From: Octopus vulgaris
Lineage: Eukaryota
NCBI GenBank assembly: GCA_951406725.2
Contig: OX597814.1
Coordinates: 182,838,001 to 182,902,000, forward strand
Direction: 5' to 3'
Length of the DNA stretch: 64,000 nt
Shown: piece by piece, positions 23,830-36,931 of the stretch
Numbering within the stretch: the first letter of the stretch is position 1
Layout: each line of letters begins with the position of its first letter
Notes under the pieces: model-generated
The model's database searches: none
What the model was told of the DNA's origin: nothing
The model's input: the letters and a program-made list of their open reading frames with translations, nothing else
Made by a program: the position numbers and the translations under genes

Positions 23830-24032
23830 ATTTCTTATTCAAATATTGGTTTCGGGAGAGAGAGAAGGTCGATTATATCGGCCCCAGTGCTCAAGTGGTA
23901 CTTATTTTATCGACCGCGAAAGAATGAAAGGAAAAGTCGACCTCTACTGAATTTGAACTCAGAATGTGAAAACGGACGAAATATCACTCAGTATTTTGCC
24001 CGGTATGCTAATGATTCTGCCCGCTTGCCGTC
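23830..24032 (-). mobile_element. Diverged SINE family B
   Basis: ggtacttattttatcgacc...atgaaaggaaaagtcgacctc...atttgaactcagaa. Confidence 0.75.
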
Positions 24033-24762
24033 TTAATCTTATTGAAATATTGAGTGGGCATCTTTATAGCGTTGAGAATCTGCTGTTTGTCTCAAGCAGA
24101 AATAATTATGTAATTTCTATGTTAGCGAAAACCAATCACAAGATTTCTTTTGAAGACTGATTCTAGAACACAAAGTAGCAAAAGAGAATTTATGCAGAAA
24201 TACTGTATTTTTAGATGATATAGTGTCAAAGAAAATAACCTGAATTATTGCATTTTGCACTATATTATTTGTAAAACTATCATTTCAGAAAAAATCAGAT
24301 CTTTTACATAATAATCTAAGAACAAAACTTTCGTAAAGTGAAAGAGAAAAAAAATGTAATATGAACCGGATACAATCATTAGGAAACCATATGGGAAATA
24401 TATGAAAACAACAACAACAACAACAACAAAGCAAAATAAAAAAATATCTTAAATATCTTATTGAAAAATATAACGAGTTATTTGCAGGTTTTGAGAAACG
24501 TGACACAGCATGTTGAGTTAGCGTTTCAAACCTCAGCTGGCTGATGTGTTCGAACCACTTAATAACCAACAGACGAAACTAATTGAGCTCTCGGATGATT
24601 ACAATCAGGAATCTGATGATATAAAGGGTATTATTAATCTCTAGCCGAATTAATCGGCGTTGCCCGGGTTACTGATGTTCTTATTGAGATTAGTAAACAA
24701 GAAATATAATAATATATATTTTTTCTCATAATTATTTGAAAATATCTATATTTTATTAAAAA

Positions 24763-25156
24763 CTAGCAGTATCGCCCGGCGTTGCTCGGGTTTGTAAGGG
24801 AAATAACTATATAAGCATTTTTAGAGAGTTATAGCCAAAATATAGCAAAAAATGCATTAAAAAATGGAAAAAAATTATGGTAAATTTTTTAAAAAATCGA
24901 TGACTCATCGTAGACATTTTTAGAGAGTTACTTCCCTTATATAATAGCGAAAAAATGCATTAAAATGGAAAAAAATGGTAAATTTTAAAAAAAATCGTAG
25001 ACTCATCGTAGACGCGCGCTAATACCCAGAAGGGCTCGATATGAATCACGACTATAAGATACCCGGTTTTGGTTAAACTGCACCGCAAAATGTGGGAGTA
25101 GTTAGGAATCTAAATCGTAGGAGACAGACACACAACTTGACTTTTATATATAAAGA
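24763..25156 (-). mobile_element. Non-autonomous Helitron
   Basis: 5' TCtttatatataaa, 3' cccgagcaacgccggg hairpin + CTAG, inserted between A and T; near-identical copies at 49380 and 54811. Confidence 0.85.
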
Positions 25157-25479
25157 TATCCAAATTGTAATGATAATAAAATTTAGAACTGAAAATCTGT
25201 CAAAATTAGGGTAAACAATATTCATTGTGTAATTTTTTGTTGATGTCCAACTCATGATCAAACAACGTAGCGTTGGCCGGGGGAGAAGCATGTAGTAGAG
25301 AGATGAAATCGAACTACCTTGAGGGCTTGACCTTGAGATTTGCTAATCGAAATACCAAATCTTAGTTTGACTGGAAACTGAAGCGTCTTAAATTGAAATG
25401 GAACATCTGCAGATATGAAAGGAAATTTTGGAATAAAGACATTTTTTTCTTTGTGACTACCTACTATGAGTGTTGCCTG

Positions 25480-25800
25480 TAGGACATGTGTGCTTCATGG
25501 AATTAACAATTAAGCGAGTTCCACTACACAGACAAGATGGGTCAAGCAACATAATGGGAGCATCCAGCTTTAGTGTCAAGTTATGCGGTGACATCCCAGT
25601 GGGTTTAAGTGTATTCAGAAATTTAACAGTGTGTTGAACAGCTTGATCTTGATCGACTGTTGTGTGAATTGATAGAAAAGTCATTTCTGGTGTATCTGTT
25701 AACTGTTGAAGTTCATGATTGTGTTTATCAACCATTACATTAGTTGGCGCCAGTATAGCCCTTTCACATAGCCAGTTTACATCAGTGTCATTGACAATCA
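25480..25800 (-). mobile_element. Helitron RepHel Pif1-like helicase fragment
   Basis: WLCERAILAPTN...KFLNTLKPTGMSPHNLTLKLDAPIMLL...LCSGTRLIV. Confidence 0.9.
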
Positions 25801-25849
25801 TACGTACACTTACACATACATACACTCTCACATACACTCACATACATAT

Positions 25850-26295
25850 AAGACATACATTTACATAACGAACGTGCAAACACACATAGACAGACACCTA
25901 CACACTCATATAGAAAACATGTCGTCGTCGTGGTATAAAATGTCCCTTACTATGTCGTACGTAACGAACGCGCAAACACACATACACACACACACACATA
26001 CACTCACAGACACATATACTCTTATATACAAAATGTGTCGTGTGCTGGTGGTATAAAATGTGTCGTGGTGGTGGTGGTATAAAATGTGTCGTGGTGGTAA
26101 GTAACGCACGCGCAAACACACACATACTCACAGACACATATACACTGATGTACAAAATGTGTGGTGGTGCTATAAAATGTCCTTTACTATGTCGTACGTA
26201 ACGAACGCGCAAACACACACACAGACAGATACATACACCATCATATACAAAATGTGTCGTGGTGGTGGTTGTGGTATAAAATATCGTTTACTATA
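25850..26295. repeat. Minisatellite (tataaaatgtgtcgtggtgg / gtaacgaacgcgcaaacacac units), probably Helitron-internal
   Basis: Recurrent units between the helicase fragment and a (GTCT)n-bearing Helitron-like 5' end near 26460. Confidence 0.7.
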
Positions 26296-26465
26296 ATTGA
26301 CTATAGAAAACAATTTTCGAGGAAATGTTATATTGTTTTAATCGAAATGAAAAAAATTACACGTTAACACTCGCGGTGTTTAATACTATTACTTTGTAAA
26401 TTTGATTTGATTTGAAGGAGCCGTTTGAAATTGCATAGGGAACAGACAGACAGACAGACAAAGAG

Positions 26466-26515
<50 letters not shown>

Positions 26516-27224
26516 AGATGAGAAAATGATGTTGGATTCTTACACCCACATTAACACGCTCGTCAGACGTTTTTTTTCTCTATGGTTCAGCGTAGAATTT
26601 TCATTTATGATTTGAGATTTTAGTTGATATATTCTCACTTGATAGACTAATTGCAGTTTTGTTCAACGTAGTTGGAGCCAAATAGTCGACTCCTATTTTG
26701 CAATAAGCAGTCAGTTAAGTTTAAGTTTTCCTTCATTACCAGAAATAATGTCAGCTTTGCCGTATAAATATATTTGTTCAATCTCTATATTGTTTTAAGC
26801 TCTCATAAAATAGAGGAATATAATACAGAATATTATTGATATAAAAATAATAACAGTATGACTGAAGTTTACTTCGTAAATGTGTGGTTCGGGGTTCGAA
26901 TTCTTTACATGACGTTTTGGACATAACCTAGGGTCGACCAGTGTATTGGGAATGGAATTTCGTAGACAGAAACGAAGAAATAGCGTGGAAACATATTGTG
27001 TGTGTTCGTACACACGCACACACTCACACAATGGATTAGGTAGCCAAAATTTCGAAGTCACTATCAACAACATTCTTGTATAAGAATAAAAAAATTGTAT
27101 CCTACAAAAGTATAAAGAAATCCATCAGATTATTGTCAAATTGTTTTTATTATAATTGAACAAAGAAACAAACTATATACACATATTTATGTATGTATAT
27201 GTGTGTATATATAAAACCAATGTT

Positions 27225-27293
27225 GTCTTCGAAACATATGTCGAAAGTAAAAGAATTTGAATAGCATCTGCGTTCAACTCCATTTATTTACTT
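27225..27293 (+). mobile_element. 3' remnant of the palindrome family at 56493-56890 (half HHR)
   Basis: gtcttcgaaacatatgtcga...cgttcaactccattt matches 56822-56890; followed by (TA)n. Confidence 0.7.
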
Positions 27294-29284
27294 ATATATA
27301 TATATATATATACACACTTATATATATACATGCATGTATGTATATATACATACACACCCATATATCCATGTGTCTGTGTGAGTGTGTATATATATACATA
27401 TATGTGCATATACATATATATAAATACATACACACATACACACATAAATACAAAACGGCGTTAGTTTCGAATAACTGCAACATTTATTAAGCAGTGGTAA
27501 CTCTACATGTATTTGTTTGAAATCCTTAGCTATGGGGCTTGTGATTAATAAGAAAGCATCCCTTTCTTCTTTTAGACAAACAGAACCGTAATTGGGTAAT
27601 CCTCTTAGTGATCTATTTCGACATAGTTGTCTCTCAACAGGAACGTTGAATCATTATTCTTCAGCTGCCTAGAGAAGAACTTTAATTCACTATACTACCT
27701 CTTGCGTCGTAGCTAGCTGATCGAAGAAACAACATACCATTCCTTGCAGAGAAAAAAAGCGGACAGGCAAATAATAATCTATAATTTTCCTCATTTATAT
27801 GCGGACGTTTCTTAAAAATGAATCTTGATGTTGATCTCTTCAGGCACAGCTATCGTTTATAGTTACAATGTAAATATGGTCTCGTCTTTTATTACCGTTC
27901 GTTGAATGACAAAGGAAGTAATATTTCTAAGCTCATCCTCTAAAAAAAAAAAAAAAAAAAAAGACCACAGCTATATGTTATTGCCGCATATTATCTCTCC
28001 GTTGATGTTTCCACAGGTCAAATTTCTAATAATTCATTCGAAGCAAACAAAATAAATTCAACTTCGTTTGTTTTTATGAGTTTATATGAATTTTTCCATG
28101 TTTAACGCATCAAAGAATTTCAGTAGAAGATTGGCAGAATCGATGCTGGAGCGTCGGATAAATGATTATTCGTGAGAAAGTTTGTCAGAAATTTGAAGAC
28201 AGCATTTCAGTGATTCAAAACTAGTCCACATACACTGTTTCCTGCTCTTCTTTCAACTGAAAATGGAGCAGAAAATCAGTAGAAATTTAGAAAAGAATAC
28301 TGGTTTAAAATATACAGTGCTGGACTAACTTTGAGATATCTGTTTGATAATAATGGTTTCGAACCATGCTGAGATGCATTTTGAATGGAGACAAGTCAGC
28401 AGTATATAACACTATCAAGACAAGAGGGAATATATATTTTCCTTGTTAGCAGAATTTGAAACTGACTCCAATTCTATGAACCTGTTTTCAGAAATACCTA
28501 CCTTCAAACAAAATGTACAAACTAAACGGATACACACACACATATGCACACACGTATATGTTTCCACGCATTAAAGAATTTCAGTAGAAGAGTGGCAGAA
28601 TCGCTGCTGGAGCGTCGGACAAATGACTAGTAAAGTACTTAGGGCGGGTACTATTTATACTCCTATAATGCACCCTAGACGGAAAAAACAGAATTTAAGG
28701 ACCGAATCTCATATATGTTACGTCGTTATGTACTACATAGAATTCTCTTTCAATGCTGGTGAAATAACGTTCCTATTTGTGCGTTTATTGCTGTAAACCT
28801 AATAGATGAACACATCAAAAATCTAATAAAACAGAACATAAAATTCCTTTAATCAAACCATAAACTAGCACAAATAATATATTACAAAACACTATTGTTA
28901 TCAATGAGAAACTATAAATATGTATACCGCACCCCCGCGAATAAGCAACAAATTGCCAATGTAATTTATGCATTCTGTCACGGATGCGAAAGCTTTAAAA
29001 TGTCACGTTTACAAATGCTATATTGGCTATACAGATATGATACTTCCTCGTTGGCTCAGCTTGCACTTACAACAAGGAGCAATTGTGTTGCAGTACACCG
29101 CACAACACAAAGCAGTTCTGGTTACTTCATCTTTTGGTTTATATAATTTACGTTGTACCAGGTCTCTATAAAACGTAGGCATAAACACTAGACATAATGA
29201 TCAAGGACAAAGAAAGGAAGTGTGCTTAATTGTAGAAATTAATTGTCCTAACAGATTCTCACAAACTATTGATACCTGCACACA

Positions 29285-29483
29285 TACTCTTTACTCTTTT
29301 ACTTGTTTCAGTCATTTGACTGCGGCCATGCTGGAGCACCGCCTTTAATCGAGCAACTCGACCCCGGGACTTATTCTTTTGTAAGTCCAGTACTTATTCT
29401 ATCGGTCTCTTTTGCTAAGTAACGGGGACATAAACACACCAGCATCGGTTGTCAAGCAATCATAGGGGACAAACACAGAAACA

Positions 29484-29527
<44 letters not shown>

Positions 29528-29700
29528 CATATATACGACGGGCTTCTTTCAGTTCCCGTCTACCAAATCCACTCACAAGGCTTTGGTCAGCCCGAGGCTA
29601 TAGTAGAAGACACTTTCCCAAGGTGCCACGCAGTGGGACTGAACCCGAAACCATGTGGTTGGTAGACAAGCTACTTACCACACAGTCACTCCTGCGCCTA
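29285..29700 (-). mobile_element. SINE family A
   Basis: Homology to the other copies. Confidence 0.92.
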
Positions 29701-30493
29701 TATGTATATGTATTAATACGTATATGTATTAATACATACATTTACCCTTTCACATTTTTACTCTTTTACCTATTTTACTCTGCAAGCTGGGGTCATGCTG
29801 CAACGCTTTAACTCATCTCTACCCTTTAGTGGTTTTTTGGTAAATGCAGGAATTCAATGGTGCTGCCCTCACTTGCGTTTCTTGCCGTGAGGTAGGTTCA
29901 TCCGGAATCTTAGATTGTAGGATGTTCTGTTATTTCTTGAAAACGTCCACATCTATACCATGTGGATGTTCTGAAGCTATTGCTACATCTGGTCCTAAAT
30001 CTACATGGCAAAGGTGGTACCTTTGGCATTATGCAATGGTGTCCTGTTCTGTGATTTTTGTTGTTCTGAATGCCAAAAGATCTGATTTTTTCTCAAATGG
30101 TAGTTTTGCAAATAATATAGTGCAAAATGCAATAATTCAAGTTATTTTCTTTGACACTATATCATCTAAAAATACAATATTTCTTCATAAATTCTCTTTT
30201 GCTACTTTGTGTTCTAGAATCAGTCTTAAAAAAAAAAATCTTGTGATTGGTTTTCGCTAACATAAAAATTGCTATCTACACACTTGATACTGTGAAATTA
30301 CAGATTTTCATGTGTGAAGTGCTACGCTAATGTATCAAACTGAAAATATTTCTGAACTTTTCATATGGAATATTTGCGTGTATGGAATGGTATTAGAAAC
30401 TGAGTGATGCCGAAACAGATGTAACTGGTAATTAAAAATATGCTAAAATCTTTCTTTATTTTCCTATTTGGATTACACACACACACACATACA

Positions 30494-30530
<37 letters not shown>

Positions 30531-30792
30531 AGGAGTGTCTAATGCAAGGTAAACTTAGTTGTGTGATTTTGATAAACACTTTTTAGCTAAGTAATGACAA
30601 GTTGCTCGACTTAGTTTAATCGCATTGCTAGAGATCGGTCGTTCACACTCACAATGACAAAATGACGTCGTTTAACTACAGTCTTTCTCTTTTACTTTGA
30701 GACTAAATGTGTGTTTACTGAAATGATGATTTGAGTAGGCGACGTAACGTCTCTGATCCAGAAGTTTGGGTGTGCCTCTGAGTGATTTTATA

Positions 30793-31026
30793 CCTATTTC
30801 TTTACTACCCACAAGGGGCTAAACACAGAGTGGACAAATAAGGACAGACACACGGATTAAGTCGATAACATCGACCCCAGTGCGTAACTGGTACTTATTT
30901 AATCGACTCCGAAAGGATGAAAGGCAAAGTCGACCTCGGCGGAATTTGAACTCAGAACGTAGCGGCAGACGAAATACCGCAAAGCATTTCGCCCGGCGTG
31001 CTAACGATTCTGCCAGCTCGCCACCA
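30793..31026 (-). mobile_element. SINE family B, full length
   Basis: Homology to the other copies. Confidence 0.92.
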
Positions 31027-31039
31027 ATCAGTTGGGTAG

Positions 31040-31260
31040 CCTGTTTATAGGATGCGGTCTTGGATGTCTGTAACACTGCCTCAGATGTGAGAGCGATACG
31101 CTATTGAAGGTCTCACCAGAGCTTTGTATAAGTTGAGTAACTGTTGGAAGCTGAAGTATTTTTTCACGTCTCTGAAGAGGAAGTCAGTCTTTGTAATGCT
31201 TAGGATGTGAGATGGACTAGGAGAGGCATTGTCTGTGATCGTAAAACCTAGCATTGTAGA
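31040..31260 (-). mobile_element. Decayed CR1/Jockey-like LINE RT thumb fragment
   Basis: KKYFSFQQLL/LYKALVRPSIAYRSHI*G (LYKAxVRPxxEYxSHIWG motif). Confidence 0.65.
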
Positions 31261-31366
31261 AGTGATTTGAGTGTTCTTGTTACGTATTGTTCATGTTTAA
31301 ACAGTGTACAAAAACCGTTCTTAATATGTATAGTGATTGTGTCTTTGTGCTGTTACCCACACATAT

Positions 31367-31751
31367 GGAAGCACTCCGTCGGTTACGACGACGAGGGTTC
31401 CGGTTGATCCGAATCAACGGAACAGCCTGCTCGTGAAATTAACGTGTAAGTGGCTGAGCACTCCACAGACACGTGCACCCTTAACGTAGTTCTCGGGGAT
31501 ATTCAGCGTGACACAGAGAGTGACAAGGCCGGCCCTTTGAAATACAGGTACAACAGAAACAGGAAGTAAGAGTGAGAGAAAGTTGTGGTGAAAGAGTACA
31601 GCAGGGATCACCACTATCCCCTGCCGGAGCCTCGTGGAACTTTTAGGTGTTTTCGCTCAATAAACACTCACAACGCCCGGTCTGGGAATCGAAACCGCGA
31701 TCCTATGACCGCGAGTCCGCTGCCCTAACCACTGGGCCATTGCGCCTCCAC
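31367..31751 (-). mobile_element. SINE family C, full length
   Basis: Near-identical to 52306-52686; flanked by acccacac(ac)atat. Confidence 0.92.
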
Positions 31752-32270
31752 GAACCCACACACATATACACATATATAGAATAATATACACAGACATTTC
31801 AAAAGTAAATAGACACCGTTATTTTGAAAGATTTATTCCTAGAAGCAAAATGTCGTTTAATGCGTTTAAATACGGGCATCGTATTAATGACTAGTTTCCA
31901 TGCAAACAGAACGATATAACGGGCGGTATCTATTTACACATGTGCGGTGTCTACATATTTACACAGAGCGGTGTCTGTGTACATATGTTGTCTTTCTGTC
32001 CCTACCAGAAGATATATCACTTCTGAATCTGTATTATCCATAGTATACTAATCTAGACTCATTCCAAGCATTTATCTCTCAACATCTCCTTTTCGTTGTG
32101 TTGTACCTCTCTAACATTATACAAAACATTTTTTTACCAAATACTTCCTTATCAGAATCTTTAGTCTTCTGAAATTCAATTTATACAAGCTTTATTTGTG
32201 CAGACAAACAAGTACTGTTTCATATTAAATATTAACCATACTTAACTATCAAGATTTAAAATCTAGAAAG

Positions 32271-32981
32271 CAGTGGCAACTCGTAGATAAAATTAGTGGG
32301 GGGGGGGGGGTGCTGCTTCAGAAAATTTTTAACCGTTGTTTTAATATTTTGTAAAAGGAAACAAACATATGAAAAGGAAATTGATACATTAACTTGATCG
32401 GTTCGTGTTTTAGCCACTGCCGGGTAGTGTGTTTAATTTGTTCACTGAACACCATTGCGAATTTTCCCTTGTTTTTCAAAAATCCACCCTAAATCACAAA
32501 ATAAGTGGGGGAAATCTGTTTTATTTTTCAAATCCTGGCAGCAACACTATAGCTGGAAGCAGGATAATAATCCTCATTCTACACATTATCACATTCAAGA
32601 ATATAAACACGTTTTTAAGCACGACACACGTGGAATAAAAAAACACACTACCTTTCACCAGCACACCAGAGTCGGCACTGCGGGAACCACAGCGCTCTCT
32701 CTCCCGAACGTGCAGCTTCCTATCTCGGACATGCGAGCATGCGCACAACAGCCAAACATTGGCTGGAACCGTGAAGCGCACAGTTTTATACAAGGATTTT
32801 TGTATTTTTTTCATAAACTAGGGAATGGGCTACTGTCATTAAGTTTAAGGATTATATAATGTACAAGTATAAAGAAAGAATTAAAGAAAAAAAGGACCCA
32901 TTATATTGAATGATATCGATAATATCGAGTGGAAATAGGGGGTGCTGCACTTTTGCAGTGCCTATACACGAATACCCACTG
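32271..32981. mobile_element. hAT-superfamily MITE with 8-bp TSD
   Basis: Termini CAGTGG...CCACTG; TSD CTAGAAAG at 32263-32270 and 32982-32989; gggggtgctgc subterminal repeats. Confidence 0.85.
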
Positions 32982-33686
32982 CTAGAAAGATCTAAAAAGT
33001 TATAGACACTTTGTCTTCTTTACATACCTAAAATAAAACAATTATTTATAACTCAATAAAAACCGTTTATTCCTAGATAAAAATTTATATACACATATAT
33101 TCAATTCATTAATACACACTATATACCAGTTTGTATGCTTTTCAAAGACATTAATCAGAATACATAAATTGTAAAATGAAAGCATTTTTTTCAGTTTGAA
33201 CAATTGTTATTAGAGATAAAAGGAAAATGTTTTAGCTGTCTGATTGCACTCAAATTTATTATAGGGAACATAAATGTTAAATTGTTGTCTCAATCTGCTA
33301 GTAATATTGACTTGAAAGGTTAATAGGCAGCCATAAATTTTTGTAAACGCAATTTTATCTTGTCTTATAGTGAAACATATTTCTTGCTCTTTTAACAATA
33401 GATTTTCTATGATGTATAACGACAAGTAAACAGTAATATTCGTTTTCAATTGCTTTCTTTGCTGTTGTTATCAGCTCGGAAGGAAATTACGTCTCCGTTA
33501 TCTTGCAATAAAATGATAATACTGTTAGGTATGACTTCGCAGTTTAAATTTACGCTTAAACTGATTGTATAATTTATTAAAAGTTTGGTGAAATATATAG
33601 AGGTCACCAGGTGTAACTGTGAATTTGTAGTTGGTAAGGAGTTTCTTAAGACTGTCTGTAGCAGGTTGAAAAGGCTGTGTGTTGCT

Positions 33687-34066
33687 TACTCTTTTACTGG
33701 TTTCAGTCATTTGACTGTGGCCATGCTGGAGCACTGCCTTTAGTCGAGCAAATCGACGCCAAGACTTATTCTTTGTAAGCTTAGTACTTATTCTATCGGT
33801 GTCTTTTGCCGAACCGCTAAGTTACGGGGACGTAAACACACCAGCATCGGTTGTCAAGCGATGTTTGGGGGGGGGGACAAACACAGACACATGAGCACAC
33901 ACAGACACACACACACACATATACATATATACGACGGGCTTCATTCAGTTTCCGTCTACCAAATCCACTCACATGGCTTTGGTCGGCCTGAGGCTATAGT
34001 AGAAGATACTTCCTCGAAAGTGCCACGCAGTGGGACTGAACGCGGAACCATGTGGTTCGTAAGCAA
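33687..34066 (-). mobile_element. SINE family A (5' truncated)
   Basis: Homology to the other copies. Confidence 0.9.
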
Positions 34067-34344
34067 TTTAATGATTTTCAGATACATTGAATAGAATTTG
34101 TGCAAAAAGGTTTATAGTCTCTTTTATTCAATGGTTACGAAGTTTTTCACGACTACATCTTGGAAGTAATTACAAATGTAAGTTTTGTTTTGAAAGAATT
34201 TCTTGTAGTAGGCTCTCCTAAGTTGCAGTGAAACTCGCGCGTAATTACCATTGATGACAAGTAGCAGTGGAAAAATTAAACAGAGAGAGATAGATAGATA
34301 GATTTTCAGAAGAGGGGATTTCTCTACGTAATCCCAATATATAT

Positions 34345-34746
34345 ATTTCTTTATTGCCCACAAGAGGACAAACAAGGACAGACAAAGGGATTAAGTCGAT
34401 TGCATCGACCCCAGTGCGTAACTGGTACCTTATTTATCGACTCCGAAAGTATGAAAGGCAAAGTCGACCTCGGCGGAATTTGAACACAGAACCAAGCGTC
34501 AGACGAAATACTTATTTCTTTATTACCCACAAGGGGCTAAACACAGAGGGGACAAACAAGGACAGACATAGGTATTAAGTCGATTACATCGACCCCAGTG
34601 CGTAACTGGTATTTTATTTATCGACTCCGAAAGTATGAAAGACAAAGTCGACCTCGGCGGAATTTGAACACAGAACCAAGCGTCAGACGAAATACTGCTA
34701 AGCATTTCGCCCGGCGTGCTAATGTTTCTGCCAGCTCGCCGCCTTA
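34345..34746 (-). mobile_element. SINE family B head-to-tail dimer
   Basis: Full unit plus headless unit joined at GAAATAC|TTATTTC (34505-34518); one TSD acgtaatc..aatatata around the pair. Confidence 0.9.
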
Positions 34747-35145
34747 ACGTAATCTTAATATATAGCTGTGCTGTACAAGGTCAATAATAGTGAAATAGAA
34801 CGAACTATTTAAATTGAAATCTGTCTCACCTAAGACACCGGCGGATTTGACAGGTGAACACTAATAAGTTTTGAGAACAAAAGACAAAAGCATTGAAGAT
34901 TGAGGTTTTAATTCTTAGTTACGAATTCAGTATGTGTCTTTTAACCATGATATTGCGGTAATTTTATGCAACTGGATTTTTGCAAGATTTATTAAAGTTC
35001 ACATGGAAAATTGATGCAGTAGGAAGGGATCAATGTTACATTTAAAATAAAGCTACCTGACTATTCACAGTTTTGAAGTCCCATGTGTTTGTAACCAAAA
35101 TCTCAGTAGCAAGATTCCTGTTAAAAATGTCTGTATACAATAAAA

Positions 35146-35302
35146 GTGGCTGAGTGGTAAGAGTTTGCCTTCCAAACACATGATTCCAGGTTCAACCCCA
35201 CCAGCGTGGCGTATGGTTAAATGTCTTCTACAATAGCCTCCGGCCGACCAAAGCCTTTTAAGTAGATTTGGTTGACGGAAGCTGAAAAAACATCCGTCGT
35301 AT
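35146..35302 (+). mobile_element. SINE family A 5' half, interrupted at its (TA)n by Helitrons
   Basis: gtggctgagtggtaag...ccgtcgtata, then a Helitron 5' end. Confidence 0.75.
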
Positions 35303-35303
35303 A

Positions 35304-35809
35304 TCTATATATATAAAACTCTAGTTGTGTGAGTGTCTGTCCCCTTCGATTTAGATTCCTAACTCCTCCCACATTTTGCGGTGCAGTTTAACCAAATTCG
35401 GGTATCTTATAGTCGTGATTCATATCGAGCCCGTCTGACTATTAGCGCGCGTCAACGATGAGTCTACGATTTTAAAAATAATTTAACATCATTTTTTATT
35501 CCATTTTAATGCATAAAATGCATCGTATGTCGATGGCGGCGGAGTTGGCGTCCACGCTCACAGCTGCACCTGTTTGCTTCTCCCCCTTCCCTCCCTCGTG
35601 AAGCTGTGGGGAAGAGAGTGTAAAGAAATCAACGTCGTAATGCGTTGTGAAGGAAACCAGCGTTCTTTTAGAACAACGACTTCATGGCTTGAAGACACCA
35701 AAACAAAAATGGCTAAGAAAGCCCGAATTTATAAGGGAAGTAACTCTCTAAAAATGCTTATATAGTTATTTCCCTTACAAACCCGAGCAACGCCGGGCGA
35801 TACTGCTAG
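35304..35809 (+). mobile_element. Non-autonomous Helitron, unit 1 of a tandem pair
   Basis: TCtatatatataaa...cccgagcaacgccgggcgatactgCTAG. Confidence 0.85.
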
Positions 35810-36444
35810 TCTATATATATAAAACTGTAGTTGTGTGAGTGTCTGTCCCCTTCGATTTAGATTCCTAACTACTCCCACATTTTGCGGTGCAGTTTAACCA
35901 AATTCGGGTATCTTATAGTCGTGATTCATATGAGTCCGTCTGGGTATTAGCGCGCGTCTACGATGAGTCTACGATTTAAAAAATAATTTAACATCATTTT
36001 TTATTCCATTTTAATGCATATTTTTTCGTGTGTCGATGGCGGCGGAGTTGGCGTCCACGCTCACACCTGCACCTGTGGGGAAGGGAGTGTAAGGAAATCA
36101 ACGTCGTAATGCGTTGTCAAGGAGACCAGTGTTCTTTTAGAACAAAAACTTCATGGCTTGAAGACACCAAAACAGAAATGGCTAAGAAAGCGTCTACATG
36201 AGTCTACGATTTAAAAAAAAATTTACCATCATTTTTTCCATTTTAATGCATTTTTTCGCTATTATATAAGGGAAATAACTCTCTAAAAATGTCTACGATG
36301 AGTCAACGATTTAAAAAAAAAATTACCATCATTTTTTATTCCATTTTTAATGCATTTTTTTGCTAGTTTTTGCTATAACTCTCTAAAAATGCTTATATAG
36401 TTATTTCCCTTACAAACCCGAGCAACGCCGGGCGATACTGCTAG
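35810..36444 (+). mobile_element. Non-autonomous Helitron, unit 2 of a tandem pair
   Basis: Begins TC immediately after the CTAG of unit 1; ends CTAG at 36444. Confidence 0.85.
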
Positions 36445-36451
36445 TATATAT

Positions 36452-36703
36452 ATACAAAATTAAGAGGAATGACCACTAAAGTGGATACGCCATTACCACG
36501 AAGACTATGTTCTCAAGAAAAAAATCCCAGCAAAACGCCATAATGTAAAAAAATTTTTTTCATTTTTTTTAAACGTTTTTACATTTTGGCGTTTTGCTGG
36601 GATTTTTTTCTTGAGAACATATTCTTCGTGGTAATGGCGATTTGACGTCTATGTTTAGCATATAGGGTGTTCACTTAAGAGGTCATTCCTCTTAATTTTG
36701 TAT
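36452..36703. mobile_element. Fold-back element (PLE-like inverted structure)
   Basis: atacaaaattaagaggaatgacc...cgccattaccacgaag...tgtaaaaa pairs with tttttaca...cttcgtggtaatggcg...ggtcattcctcttaattttgtat; flanked by (TA)n. Confidence 0.75.
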
Positions 36704-36792
36704 GTAGCACAATTTTTAATCTTCGGATTTTTAAATATGCTAAGCCACTGGTTTTAATTGATTAACATCAATATCTACCCTTATTATTTAAT

Positions 36793-36855
<63 letters not shown>

Positions 36856-36931
36856 CTGTTGACGCAAACAGGAATAATAGAACTCAAAATATGAGTATAT
36901 GTTTATTCGTACTAATATTCAGCAGATGTAA

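Noticed and set aside
25850-26295. Repeat-spacer appearance suggestive of a CRISPR array
   Set aside because: Units are degenerate and irregular with no unique spacers, the context is eukaryotic, and there are no cas genes.
29844-30260. 138-aa ORF
   Set aside because: No recognisable motif and AT-rich composition; cannot be supported as coding without a search.
32455-32859. 134-aa ORF inside the hAT MITE
   Set aside because: No transposase motifs; probably a chance ORF.
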